Virus record (IMG/VR): IMGVR_UViG_3300007541_000102
Coordinates: 1-32,298 of that record
Length of the DNA: 32,298 bases
Strand: one strand, 5' to 3'
From: a virus
Lineage: Duplodnaviria > Caudoviricetes
Shown in pieces: positions 17,400 through 24,861 of the stretch. The notes beneath the pieces were generated by a model, which was not told the origin of the DNA, ran no database searches, and saw only the letters and a program-made list of their open reading frames with translations. Within the stretch, counting starts at the first letter, position 1, and each line of letters starts with the position of its first letter. Position numbers and translations under genes: made by a program.

Positions 17400-17621
17400 T
17401 TAGTACCAAGGACGATCATCATCCTTAAAAAGTTCCTTTCGGTGACTCCAGACACCCCAATACATGAGGATCAAACCAAGGACAGGAAGACCGATAGTCA
17501 CCCAATCACTAGGAGGCGGGCCTGCCACACAGTCCGCTGCGTAGAGACACTCATCGTAGAAGTCAGCGGTTCCTACACCACCCATAACCAAGAACATTCC
17601 AACAAGAATCCGAATCATCAC
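17400..17621 (-). CDS. Small membrane protein (two TM segments)
   Basis: Two hydrophobic stretches flanking a C-x5-C loop; TAGGAG RBS. Confidence 0.75.
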   Translation of the reverse strand: MMIRILVGMFLVMGGVGTADFYDECLYAADCVAGPPPSDWVTIGLPVLGLILMYWGVWSHRKELFKDDDRPWY

Positions 17622-17633
17622 AAATCTCCTAAA

Positions 17634-17774
17634 TCAATCAACGTCCCATTCAATAACCACGTAATCGTCATACCCACTCTCTTCAGCAAACTCAATCGCA
17701 GCAGCTTCGCTAGAGAAGATAAGTTCTGGAATTATTTCACCTTTTACTTTCAGATAATACACAAAGTCACTCAT
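17634..17774 (-). CDS. Small acidic hypothetical protein (46 aa)
   Basis: Below the ORF-track cutoff: MSDFVYYLKVKGEIIPELIFSSEAAAIEFAEESGYDDYVVIEWDVD*. GGGAGG RBS; fills the gap exactly. Confidence 0.75.
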   Translation of the reverse strand: MSDFVYYLKVKGEIIPELIFSSEAAAIEFAEESGYDDYVVIEWDVD

Positions 17775-17783
17775 CACGCCTCC

Positions 17784-18014
17784 CTATAGTAGACTACAAA
17801 CATCATCCCAAATTTTTTCCAACTCAAACTGACTATCAAACCCGTATTCAACGGCATGATGCCAAGAGGAGGAACAACGAATCACTGGAGCAGGGCCCCC
17901 GTTCTTCAGGATGGTATCGACAATCATCATAGGACTACGATAAGCACCGACAAACTCGTCACCGGCAAACAGCTCGACAAGACCTTCATTCACAGAAACA
18001 AAATCAACAGCCAT
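17784..18014 (-). CDS. Small hypothetical early protein
   Basis: First gene after the promoter at 18046-18074; GAGGAG RBS. Confidence 0.8.
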   Translation of the reverse strand: MAVDFVSVNEGLVELFAGDEFVGAYRSPMMIVDTILKNGGPAPVIRCSSSWHHAVEYGFDSQFELEKIWDDVCSLL

Positions 18015-18045
18015 GGGAACACTCCTCTCATCACATTACATGACC

Positions 18046-18074
18046 ATAATACTTGGTTTGACAACAAATGTCAA
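18046..18074 (-). promoter_or_regulatory. Sigma70-type early promoter TTGACA-N17-TATTAT
   Basis: AAAAAAACGC-TTGACA TTTGTTGTCAAACCAAG TATTAT with upstream A-tracts and the leader ATGTAATGTGATGAGAG. Confidence 0.85.
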
Positions 18075-18082
18075 GCGTTTTT

Positions 18083-19297
18083 TTAGATTTTTTTCGAATA
18101 TTTTTCCCACATGTAACCCCGAAGTTGATCCATGTTCAACTTGGTGTCCTGATAAAAGGGAGTCAAATCAAGGTCTTGCGGCACGTCCAGTGGTTTCTCT
18201 TCCAGTCTACCCAAATGATAATACTTCCCATTTCGGTATTCCAGACGGTCTCCCAGTCTCCTTGGGGTCTTCCATCTCATGTGGTGAACCAGTGAGGTTC
18301 CGTTTGTAACGGTAATCCAGAACTCGGTATCGGCCACATGTCCCAGACAGTTGTCCTCTTCCCAATAGTCCTCATCTACCACATTCACCAGTGCGGGAAT
18401 GGCCGTGTCGATTGACCCATAATGAGAGATAAATCTAAGGTTGTGCATACCACACAAGTCCGCATAACTATTGTCCATTGTAAACCCAGACATGTTAATT
18501 GTCAAGCGTTTTGTGAATACATGACCACGAATTAACCAGTTGAGGATGTCCCGATTTGGGACTATGCACCTGTCGATCTTTTTGGATTCCACGAAGTTGA
18601 TGGCCTCCTCTCTTGTCAGAGGCAACCATTCCTTTCTGTCTGGAAGTCCATAACTGTAATGGGTGTCGCTGATCATCATGGACGGTAGGAGGTCAGTCAA
18701 CATAGAAGAGGCGTGATGCATGTTCTTGGTGTGCCAACACACCGAAGAAGGGACAAACTGAAAAATGTTGATGTTACGCAAGGCAAAGACCATACAGTCT
18801 TCATGAGTAAATTCAATCATCCTTGAGAAGTTGGTTGTGCCTGAAGTTGAGGATACGATGAAGGGATCGGTCTCCAACACGTACCAGCCTGGATCGTAAT
18901 AGTTTGGTTCCGGTGTCATCTCTAGAGCATGAATGGTACACTCAGAATATTGCTGAATCATCTTACCATGCAAACCATCATAGAGTTGTTCACCAGTCCC
19001 ATCAGTGATACAGAACTTGGCAGGCCCAAATCTTGCTAGTTTGGTGTAGGGAAGACTTTCCAACTTTGCGGGAGAATCTAGGAGAATAATCCTAAGTCCC
19101 AGTTCTGCACATGCGAACAGGGCCGATACATGACGGGTGTTGACATTCATTATTGAAATGGCAACAAGATCACCCTTTCTAGCTCCGTAGGATTCTACAA
19201 GGAGTCTTTTCCACCCATCAATATCTCGACACAGTTCCTCTTTATTCTTACCGTCATATCGAATAGAAGAGGTTATACAATTACGACTTACTATCAC
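18083..19297 (-). CDS. ANL-superfamily (AMP-binding) adenylate-forming enzyme, divergent, with shortened C-terminus
   Basis: G...GD.VAI, A3 STSGTT, A5 HYGSID, A7 LGD and A8 LGR; only about 40 aa follow the hinge. Confidence 0.7.
   Translation of the reverse strand: MIVSRNCITSSIRYDGKNKEELCRDIDGWKRLLVESYGARKGDLVAISIMNVNTRHVSALFACAELGLRIILLDSPAKLESLPYTKLARFGPAKFCITDGTGEQLYDGLHGKMIQQYSECTIHALEMTPEPNYYDPGWYVLETDPFIVSSTSGTTNFSRMIEFTHEDCMVFALRNINIFQFVPSSVCWHTKNMHHASSMLTDLLPSMMISDTHYSYGLPDRKEWLPLTREEAINFVESKKIDRCIVPNRDILNWLIRGHVFTKRLTINMSGFTMDNSYADLCGMHNLRFISHYGSIDTAIPALVNVVDEDYWEEDNCLGHVADTEFWITVTNGTSLVHHMRWKTPRRLGDRLEYRNGKYYHLGRLEEKPLDVPQDLDLTPFYQDTKLNMDQLRGYMWEKYSKKI
18477..18505 (-). promoter_or_regulatory. 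Putative internal sigma70-type promoter TTGACA-N17-TACAAT
   Basis: AAAACGC-TTGACA ATTAACATGTCTGGGTT TACAAT inside the ANL gene; same -35 flank as the intergenic early promoters. Confidence 0.45.
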
Positions 19298-19712
19298 TTT
19301 TTAATTCCCTGACATGAGAAGAATGAATTTTACATCCAATAAACTCATTGTAGTAATCATCGTTCAATAAGACATTACGATCAAACTGTTCTTTGGCCTC
19401 AAGATAAGAACACTCACCTTTAGTTCTACAGAGATGCAGTATCTCACGATAGTATGCATCCCCACCTTTTGTTTCCACAAGAAGTTTTAGTTCTTCAGAC
19501 GAACCATAGTAAGACATCCAATCAGACTGAACCTTCTTGGTACGTTTGCGGGTTTTGCCTTTTAGCGGGGGGAGTTTACGAGTAGACCAAAAGAACTTCT
19601 TACCAACATATTTCTTATTAGTATCAAGTTCAGTAATAAGATAGACGAACCCAACCCATTGGCTGAGTTCGTCATCTGTAGGAGTAAAGTGTAAGTTTCT
19701 ATAATGCCACAT
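19281..19712 (-). CDS. GIY-YIG nuclease family protein
   Basis: GFVYLIT...KKYVGKK, W..YYGSS, REIL, E, YYN. Confidence 0.8.
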   Translation of the reverse strand: MWHYRNLHFTPTDDELSQWVGFVYLITELDTNKKYVGKKFFWSTRKLPPLKGKTRKRTKKVQSDWMSYYGSSEELKLLVETKGGDAYYREILHLCRTKGECSYLEAKEQFDRNVLLNDDYYNEFIGCKIHSSHVRELKSDSKS

Positions 19713-19727
19713 ACTATTATGTAGGCA

Positions 19728-19877
19728 TTATATTACGTCACTATCTCCAAGGTATTCTACTTCAGCTTCTGACCCACACATGGGGCAGAACTCTGGTTTG
19801 TCATCCTCATAGGAACAAATCACTTTACAGATACTATCACAAACAACGCATTCTAATTCGTAAATATATTGTTCCAT
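19728..19877 (-). CDS. Small Zn-ribbon/rubredoxin-like protein (49 aa)
   Basis: Below the ORF-track cutoff: MEQYIYELECVVC...PEFCPMCGS...; TGATG overlap with the nrdB stop. Confidence 0.8.
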   Translation of the reverse strand: MEQYIYELECVVCDSICKVICSYEDDKPEFCPMCGSEAEVEYLGDSDVI

Positions 19878-20872
19878 CATGCAGCACAACCTCTACCGTC
19901 TAGTCCACAGACTTCAGGTGCGACCTCCCAACCCCAGTCTCCTGCCATACCCACTACTGAGTATTCGGTGACTCGTTTTTCGAAGAAGTTGTCGTGGGAG
20001 GCTCCGTTAAGTACCCAATCAAGCCATGGTAGAGGATTATCTTTTTGTCGGAATTTAGTCTTGAGTCCAAGCTGAAGTAAACGGCGATCAGCAATATGGC
20101 GAATATACTTACGTACCTCGTCCTTAGTAATCCCCTGTACATCATTCCCACGAAACGCAAGATTGATGAATTTTTCTTCCAATTCAACTGCATTTTTAGC
20201 CATCTCATAAATTTTAGATTTTAGTTCATCATTCACGATACGGGGATGTTCTTCGCAGAACTGTCTAAACAACTTTGCGTTACCCTGAACGTGAATGGTC
20301 TCGTCTCGGATAGACCACTCCACAATCGTACCCATACCCTTCATCTTACCAAACCTCTGGAAGTTGAGGAGCATAACAAAAGACGCAAACAGAGACATGC
20401 CCTCGTTGAACACAGATTGTGCAAGAGCAAGTGCAAGACCCGTTTGTGTAGTGGAGTCACCTTCCTTCATGAAATCCACCTTGTCAGCCATCTCTTTGTA
20501 CTCAAGGAACTTGTGGTACTCTTCATCAGGCAAACCAAGTGTGTCATTCAATAGTGCATAAGCACGTTGGTGTACGGCCTCTCTTGACGCAAAAGAGGAC
20601 AACATGTTACGTACTTCATTGTTCTTAAAACGAGGAATCAAAAGTTCGTGATAGTTCTCTCCAACCTGTACATCCGACTGAGTGAACAGACGAAGAATGT
20701 GAGTGATGAACTCTTTCTCACTTTCAGTCAGTTTTGTTTTCCAGTCCTGTACATCTTCAGACAGTTCAGCTTCGTCTTCGATCCAGTGAACCTCTTCGTG
20801 TTTCTTTGATAGTTCTACCGCCCAAGGGTACTTGAACGGTTTATATGTTGTGCTAAATTCTAGTAGTGACAT
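19877..20872 (-). CDS. nrdB: Ribonucleotide reductase class Ia beta subunit
   Basis: KPFKYPWA, FTQSD, EAVHQRAY (radical Tyr), EG..LF.SF, RDETIH and NFFEKRVTEY. Confidence 0.97.
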   Translation of the reverse strand: MSLLEFSTTYKPFKYPWAVELSKKHEEVHWIEDEAELSEDVQDWKTKLTESEKEFITHILRLFTQSDVQVGENYHELLIPRFKNNEVRNMLSSFASREAVHQRAYALLNDTLGLPDEEYHKFLEYKEMADKVDFMKEGDSTTQTGLALALAQSVFNEGMSLFASFVMLLNFQRFGKMKGMGTIVEWSIRDETIHVQGNAKLFRQFCEEHPRIVNDELKSKIYEMAKNAVELEEKFINLAFRGNDVQGITKDEVRKYIRHIADRRLLQLGLKTKFRQKDNPLPWLDWVLNGASHDNFFEKRVTEYSVVGMAGDWGWEVAPEVCGLDGRGCAA

Positions 20873-22861
20873 TTATCCCTCACATGCTCGACATTCGTTG
20901 TCTTCGTTATTTTCTAAATTGACCTTATTAAAGAAGGCCATTAACTCATCATATCCACCGACATAAACCCCTTCAACATAAATTTGGGGGACAGTCTTGA
21001 CCTTACGTCCAGTTACTTCTGCGGCGGTCTTACCAATCTCCTGAAGGTCTACGTAATCATACGCAATACCTCTCAGTTTCAGTTCTTCTTTTGCAAGTTG
21101 ACAGAACGGGCAGTCTTTCTTACCGTAGACAATGGTACGGGTATCATCTTGTAGTGCAACCCGTTCTACCTTCTCTGAGACGTTCTCAGCACGTGATTTA
21201 GCCTCGGTTCTTAGATAGTACAGACCTTTCAGTCCTTCTTTCCATGCCTTGAGATGCACCTTGTTCACATAAGACTTCTCTGCACCAGCAGGGAAGAACA
21301 GGTTTACCGACTGACCCTGACAGATGTAGGGTTGTCTATCCGCAGCATGTTGCACCACCCAAGACTGATCCAACTCCTGTGCAGTCTTGAACACAGCCTT
21401 TTCACCTTCATTAAGGTAAGGCAGATGTTGCACAGAACCCTTGTTGGTAATAATCGACTGCCAAGTAGAGTCGTTGTTTATTTCCCGCTCGGTAAGAATC
21501 TTCTCCAAATACTTGTTTTTGACCAAGAAACTTCCCGCTCGGGTACGGTGAGTATACGCATTTGCCTTTAGGGGTTCGATGGAGGGACTGGTTGAGAGTA
21601 CAACCCCGCTGGATGCATTGGGAGCAATGGCAAGTAGGTGGGCAAATCGCAGACCAGTCCCTTCTCCGTCCGGATAAACACCTCGCAATTCAGCCAAGTG
21701 TCGGGATTGGGCGGTTGCTTCGGCCTTGATGTGTTGGAACACAACTTTATTAATTTCTTGAGCCCTAACGGACTCCCAAGCAACTCCATGTTTTTGTAAC
21801 AAACTGTGAAACCCCATCGCTCCCAGTCCGATTGATCTTTCTCGTTGTGCGGAATACTTGGCTCGGGCAACGGTGTCGGGAGCGCTTTCGATGAAGTACT
21901 CCAAAACGTTGTCGAGCATAGTAACAAGGTCACGAACAATAGTTGTATCTTTCCATTCATCATAATACTCCAGATTTAAACTGGACAGACAACATACAGC
22001 AGTACGATCAGGCCCAGTAGGCAAGTGAATCTCATTACATAGGTTAGACCCATGAATCTTTAGTCCCAAGTCCTTTAGGTTTTGGGGCAGAGCACGGTTG
22101 GCAGTATCAATGAAGTTTAGATACGGTTCGCCCGTGCGGAAACGAACCTCAAGGATACGTTCCCAAAGTTTACGTGCATTCACGGTTTCTTTAACGGAAC
22201 CATCCTTGGGGTCACGCAAGTCAAAATCGGTATTCTCCATTACCGCAGTCATGAACTCATCGGTAATGTTGATTGCGTTATGTAGGTTGAGTGCCTTACG
22301 TTGAACGTCTCCTGTAGGGATACGCATATTAAGGAATTCTACAATGTCTGGATGAGACACGTTCATGTACGCAGCGTAAGAACCCTTGCGAGTCTTACCC
22401 TGTCGGTACGCAATCATGTCTGCATCTACGGTGTGTAGGAATGGGATGGGGCCTGGCGCAACATCGGAGACAGTTCTAACGTCACTCCAGTGGCCACCAA
22501 CACCGCCACCATAAACGCTAAGCCAACGCAACTCGCTAGTGTGATCGATAAGACCCTCAAGTGTGTCGGGTACGTAAGTAAGGAAGCATGATATTGGCAT
22601 GCCCTTTCCTTTGCCATGACCGTTAGGTGCATTAGATAAAACAGGAGACGCAAACATAAACCATTTATTGCTGACATAATCGTAGAGCCTCTGTGCAAGT
22701 TCCTCATCCATTTCCTCATGATACGTTGACCATGCCTTTGCGGCACGGGCATATGCTTCTTGCGGGCTGGATTCATATGAGTTGAGGTAAAAATCTTTTA
22801 ACATACCCACCGCATAATCCGCTAGTAGGTCATCCTTACTTTTGTTTATTTTAATTTTCAT
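20873..22861 (-). CDS. nrdA: Ribonucleotide reductase class Ia alpha subunit with inserted glutaredoxin domain near the C-terminus
   Basis: ISCF, SNLCNEI, VCCLSS, IAPNASS and LYYLR, then Grx (YGKKDCPFC...TVPQI...VGGY), then ECRACEG. Probable start MKIKIN (22861); no ATP cone. Confidence 0.97.
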   Translation of the reverse strand: MKIKINKSKDDLLADYAVGMLKDFYLNSYESSPQEAYARAAKAWSTYHEEMDEELAQRLYDYVSNKWFMFASPVLSNAPNGHGKGKGMPISCFLTYVPDTLEGLIDHTSELRWLSVYGGGVGGHWSDVRTVSDVAPGPIPFLHTVDADMIAYRQGKTRKGSYAAYMNVSHPDIVEFLNMRIPTGDVQRKALNLHNAINITDEFMTAVMENTDFDLRDPKDGSVKETVNARKLWERILEVRFRTGEPYLNFIDTANRALPQNLKDLGLKIHGSNLCNEIHLPTGPDRTAVCCLSSLNLEYYDEWKDTTIVRDLVTMLDNVLEYFIESAPDTVARAKYSAQRERSIGLGAMGFHSLLQKHGVAWESVRAQEINKVVFQHIKAEATAQSRHLAELRGVYPDGEGTGLRFAHLLAIAPNASSGVVLSTSPSIEPLKANAYTHRTRAGSFLVKNKYLEKILTEREINNDSTWQSIITNKGSVQHLPYLNEGEKAVFKTAQELDQSWVVQHAADRQPYICQGQSVNLFFPAGAEKSYVNKVHLKAWKEGLKGLYYLRTEAKSRAENVSEKVERVALQDDTRTIVYGKKDCPFCQLAKEELKLRGIAYDYVDLQEIGKTAAEVTGRKVKTVPQIYVEGVYVGGYDELMAFFNKVNLENNEDNECRACEG

Positions 22862-22874
22862 CTTTTTTCCATTG

Positions 22875-23237
22875 TCATTTAGTGTAGTCATAAAAATCCT
22901 GACCAGCGGTGAATTCGTACTCTTCAATAAAAAGTCTTCTGCCAGAACGAGCAAACTCTAAACACTTTTGTGTGAGATACTCGTGAATGTCCTCTTGAGT
23001 AAAGAGGTCATTATACAAAAAATGGCTCTTCATGTCAACATGATAATTCTCTACCAAAAATCTGTCGGGGTAAAGATACTTATCATGTGTGCCACGAAGA
23101 GCCACATAGATTAGTTTATGTCTTGGGTTTTCGTCTTGAAGTTTATACACCCACGAGAGATCATCTTCGTCACCATCAAAGATAACGACAGTGTACCCGA
23201 ATTCGGTTTCCGTTGTTTCGATTGTTTGAATAGACAT
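22875..23237 (-). CDS. Hypothetical acidic protein
   Basis: 120 aa, TAGGAG RBS, directly after a consensus promoter. Confidence 0.8.
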   Translation of the reverse strand: MSIQTIETTETEFGYTVVIFDGDEDDLSWVYKLQDENPRHKLIYVALRGTHDKYLYPDRFLVENYHVDMKSHFLYNDLFTQEDIHEYLTQKCLEFARSGRRLFIEEYEFTAGQDFYDYTK

Positions 23238-23259
23238 AATTTCTCCTAATATGGAGATA

Positions 23260-23289
23260 ATTATATCAGGATGACAGGGTGTTTGTCAA
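23260..23289 (-). promoter_or_regulatory. Sigma70-type promoter TTGACA-N18-TATAAT driving the nrdAB block
   Basis: TTGACA AACACCCTGTCATCCTGA TATAAT in an intergenic gap. Confidence 0.85.
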
Positions 23290-23328
23290 TAAGAAATGTC
23301 AGAAAGTTTGGGGGTGTAAAAGTATCGA

Positions 23329-23535
23329 TCATTGGTTTCTCCCAGCATCAGCATATTCTTGTCTTTGACGGTTACCCCAAGTTTCCATGAACCGTTTAAG
23401 GACAGTTTCCATATCCTTACGTTTCTTCTTGCGGTCATATTTCTTCCGGACAATTACGGTAGATGAATCGTCCCCTGCGCCAGGCACAGCAGAAGTTCCA
23501 GTCATTTCTTCGTAGAACTTGTTAAAGGACTTCAT
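23329..23535 (-). CDS. Small hypothetical protein with capsid-targeting-like N-terminus
   Basis: MKSFNKFYEE start, basic central stretch, ATGA overlap. Confidence 0.75.
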   Translation of the reverse strand: MKSFNKFYEEMTGTSAVPGAGDDSSTVIVRKKYDRKKKRKDMETVLKRFMETWGNRQRQEYADAGRNQ

Positions 23536-24131
23536 CTTAGAATTTCTCCGGTAGAGATATATATGCTTTGCTGGGTCTTCAAATGGGTGGCTTCGTAAAT
23601 TTTTATTCCCAAAACTTCACCCACGGGTGCATTCTTTTCTTCGTGTACACGAATCTGATCGTCTCGACTAACCATCTCTGCACCAAGAGTGGTAATAGTA
23701 TCGTTCTTCATTCTGTAGATGCCAGGCGACAGTTTCTCGCCCTCAATCATAAACCATTGTGTATCTTCTGCTAACACATCAAGAATGTCGATTCCAGTCT
23801 CCCTGTGAATCTTCTCAACGTGTTCATCTTTGAGGTTACCATGTTCTTTGATCAACCAAAGAGCAGCACCATAACGAGCAATCGTGGATTGTCCGCCAGG
23901 GATTTTGGTCATCAACCTCTTGATGTTATATACGAGACGGTGAAACATTGTATAGTGAGTACTAAACGCCTCACGGTCTCTAATGTCGTTTGTGTTGAAG
24001 TCCTTGTTACGAGAACCGTCAGCGTTAATAATACCAGCTTTGTATGCGCCAGTTTCTTCCCACGGGGTAACAAGAAGTTTTAAGAACCTTATTGTGTAAA
24101 CAAGATCGGCGGCACTCTTTAGAATTCCCAT
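23532..24131 (-). CDS. Conserved T4-like phage hypothetical (probable virion-associated) protein
   Basis: DLVYT.RFLKLL..PW....AYK.GII..DG and FHRLV.NIKRL; TAATG coupling. Confidence 0.8.
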   Translation of the reverse strand: MGILKSAADLVYTIRFLKLLVTPWEETGAYKAGIINADGSRNKDFNTNDIRDREAFSTHYTMFHRLVYNIKRLMTKIPGGQSTIARYGAALWLIKEHGNLKDEHVEKIHRETGIDILDVLAEDTQWFMIEGEKLSPGIYRMKNDTITTLGAEMVSRDDQIRVHEEKNAPVGEVLGIKIYEATHLKTQQSIYISTGEILR

Positions 24132-24505
24132 TATGTCATCCTTCTAATTTCTCTTAGTCGTTCTACTGCGAGTCCGTCCAATTCTATTTCCGGATATCCA
24201 TCGTAGTCTATGGCCTTGAGGAAAATGAGAAATGGTTTAAGTGCGCTCCAATGTTCCGATTCAACTTTAAGTTCTAATATCTTCAGTCCAGCGTATATGC
24301 CGAACACGTTAAAAATAACAATCAGGTGATTGAGGATCAATCTCTCTGAAAGTTCTCCACTGTCCCTATAACGATTAAGCAGTCTCTTTACATACTTAAA
24401 TCGTTTCAGGTCTTCAAAGAATTGTTCACTATCAATACAATTGGGAGTATAATAGTGTTTCGCTGCAAACACAACAACGTTTTTATTGGTAAGTTCTAGT
24501 TCCAT
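24131..24505 (-). CDS. Conserved T4-like phage hypothetical protein
   Basis: FA.KHY..P.C...E.F.EDLKRFKY.KRLL.RY...GEL.ERLILNH.I. Confidence 0.85.
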   Translation of the reverse strand: MELELTNKNVVVFAAKHYYTPNCIDSEQFFEDLKRFKYVKRLLNRYRDSGELSERLILNHLIVIFNVFGIYAGLKILELKVESEHWSALKPFLIFLKAIDYDGYPEIELDGLAVERLREIRRMT

Positions 24506-24543
24506 AATATACCTTAGTGAGATTATACTTCACTACTATGTAT

Positions 24544-24861
24544 CTAAATTACATTCAACTTTTCCAACAACGTTGTCTTGGTGTCCCTCGTGTTTACATC
24601 AATTCCGTATTGTTCTGCCAATGCCATTAATTGAACCTTGGTCATGGCACTTAAATCTTTGTTAGGTGTGGGAGCTTCTGTGAGAGTCTGAACAGGCGTC
24701 TGTGTGATAGACGCCGGTGTCTCCAGAAGCGCACCACTATGATACTCTTCGATCTCAAGATCACTGATTCGTTGTGACTTCAAGAGTTCTCCCGTAATCG
24801 GGTCAATCCATCCTCTAGGGGTAGGTACAGCATGTCTGCACCAGCCGGGCGCTTCAATCAT
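24544..24861 (-). CDS. Hypothetical protein with C-terminal Rho-N/HeH-like helical motif
   Basis: C-terminal LSAMTKVQLMALAEQYGIDV....TK..LLEKL. Confidence 0.75.
   Translation of the reverse strand: MIEAPGWCRHAVPTPRGWIDPITGELLKSQRISDLEIEEYHSGALLETPASITQTPVQTLTEAPTPNKDLSAMTKVQLMALAEQYGIDVNTRDTKTTLLEKLNVI

Noticed and set aside
19281-19712. Mobile homing endonuclease or intron near nrdB
   Set aside because: Short free-standing GIY-YIG with no C-terminal DNA-binding repeats; nrdA and nrdB are uninterrupted, with no intein or intron signatures.
22862-22954. N-terminal extension of NrdA as given in the ORF track
   Set aside because: It overlaps the upstream gene by 80 bp; MKIKIN at 22861 with an upstream GGA is the more plausible start.
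24512-24546. Variant late promoter (GATACATA) and TAGTGA/TCACTA hairpin upstream of the 24505 gene; similar variants near 13630, 15800 and 19720
   Set aside because: Non-consensus AT-rich matches are likely by chance; not supportable without TSS data.
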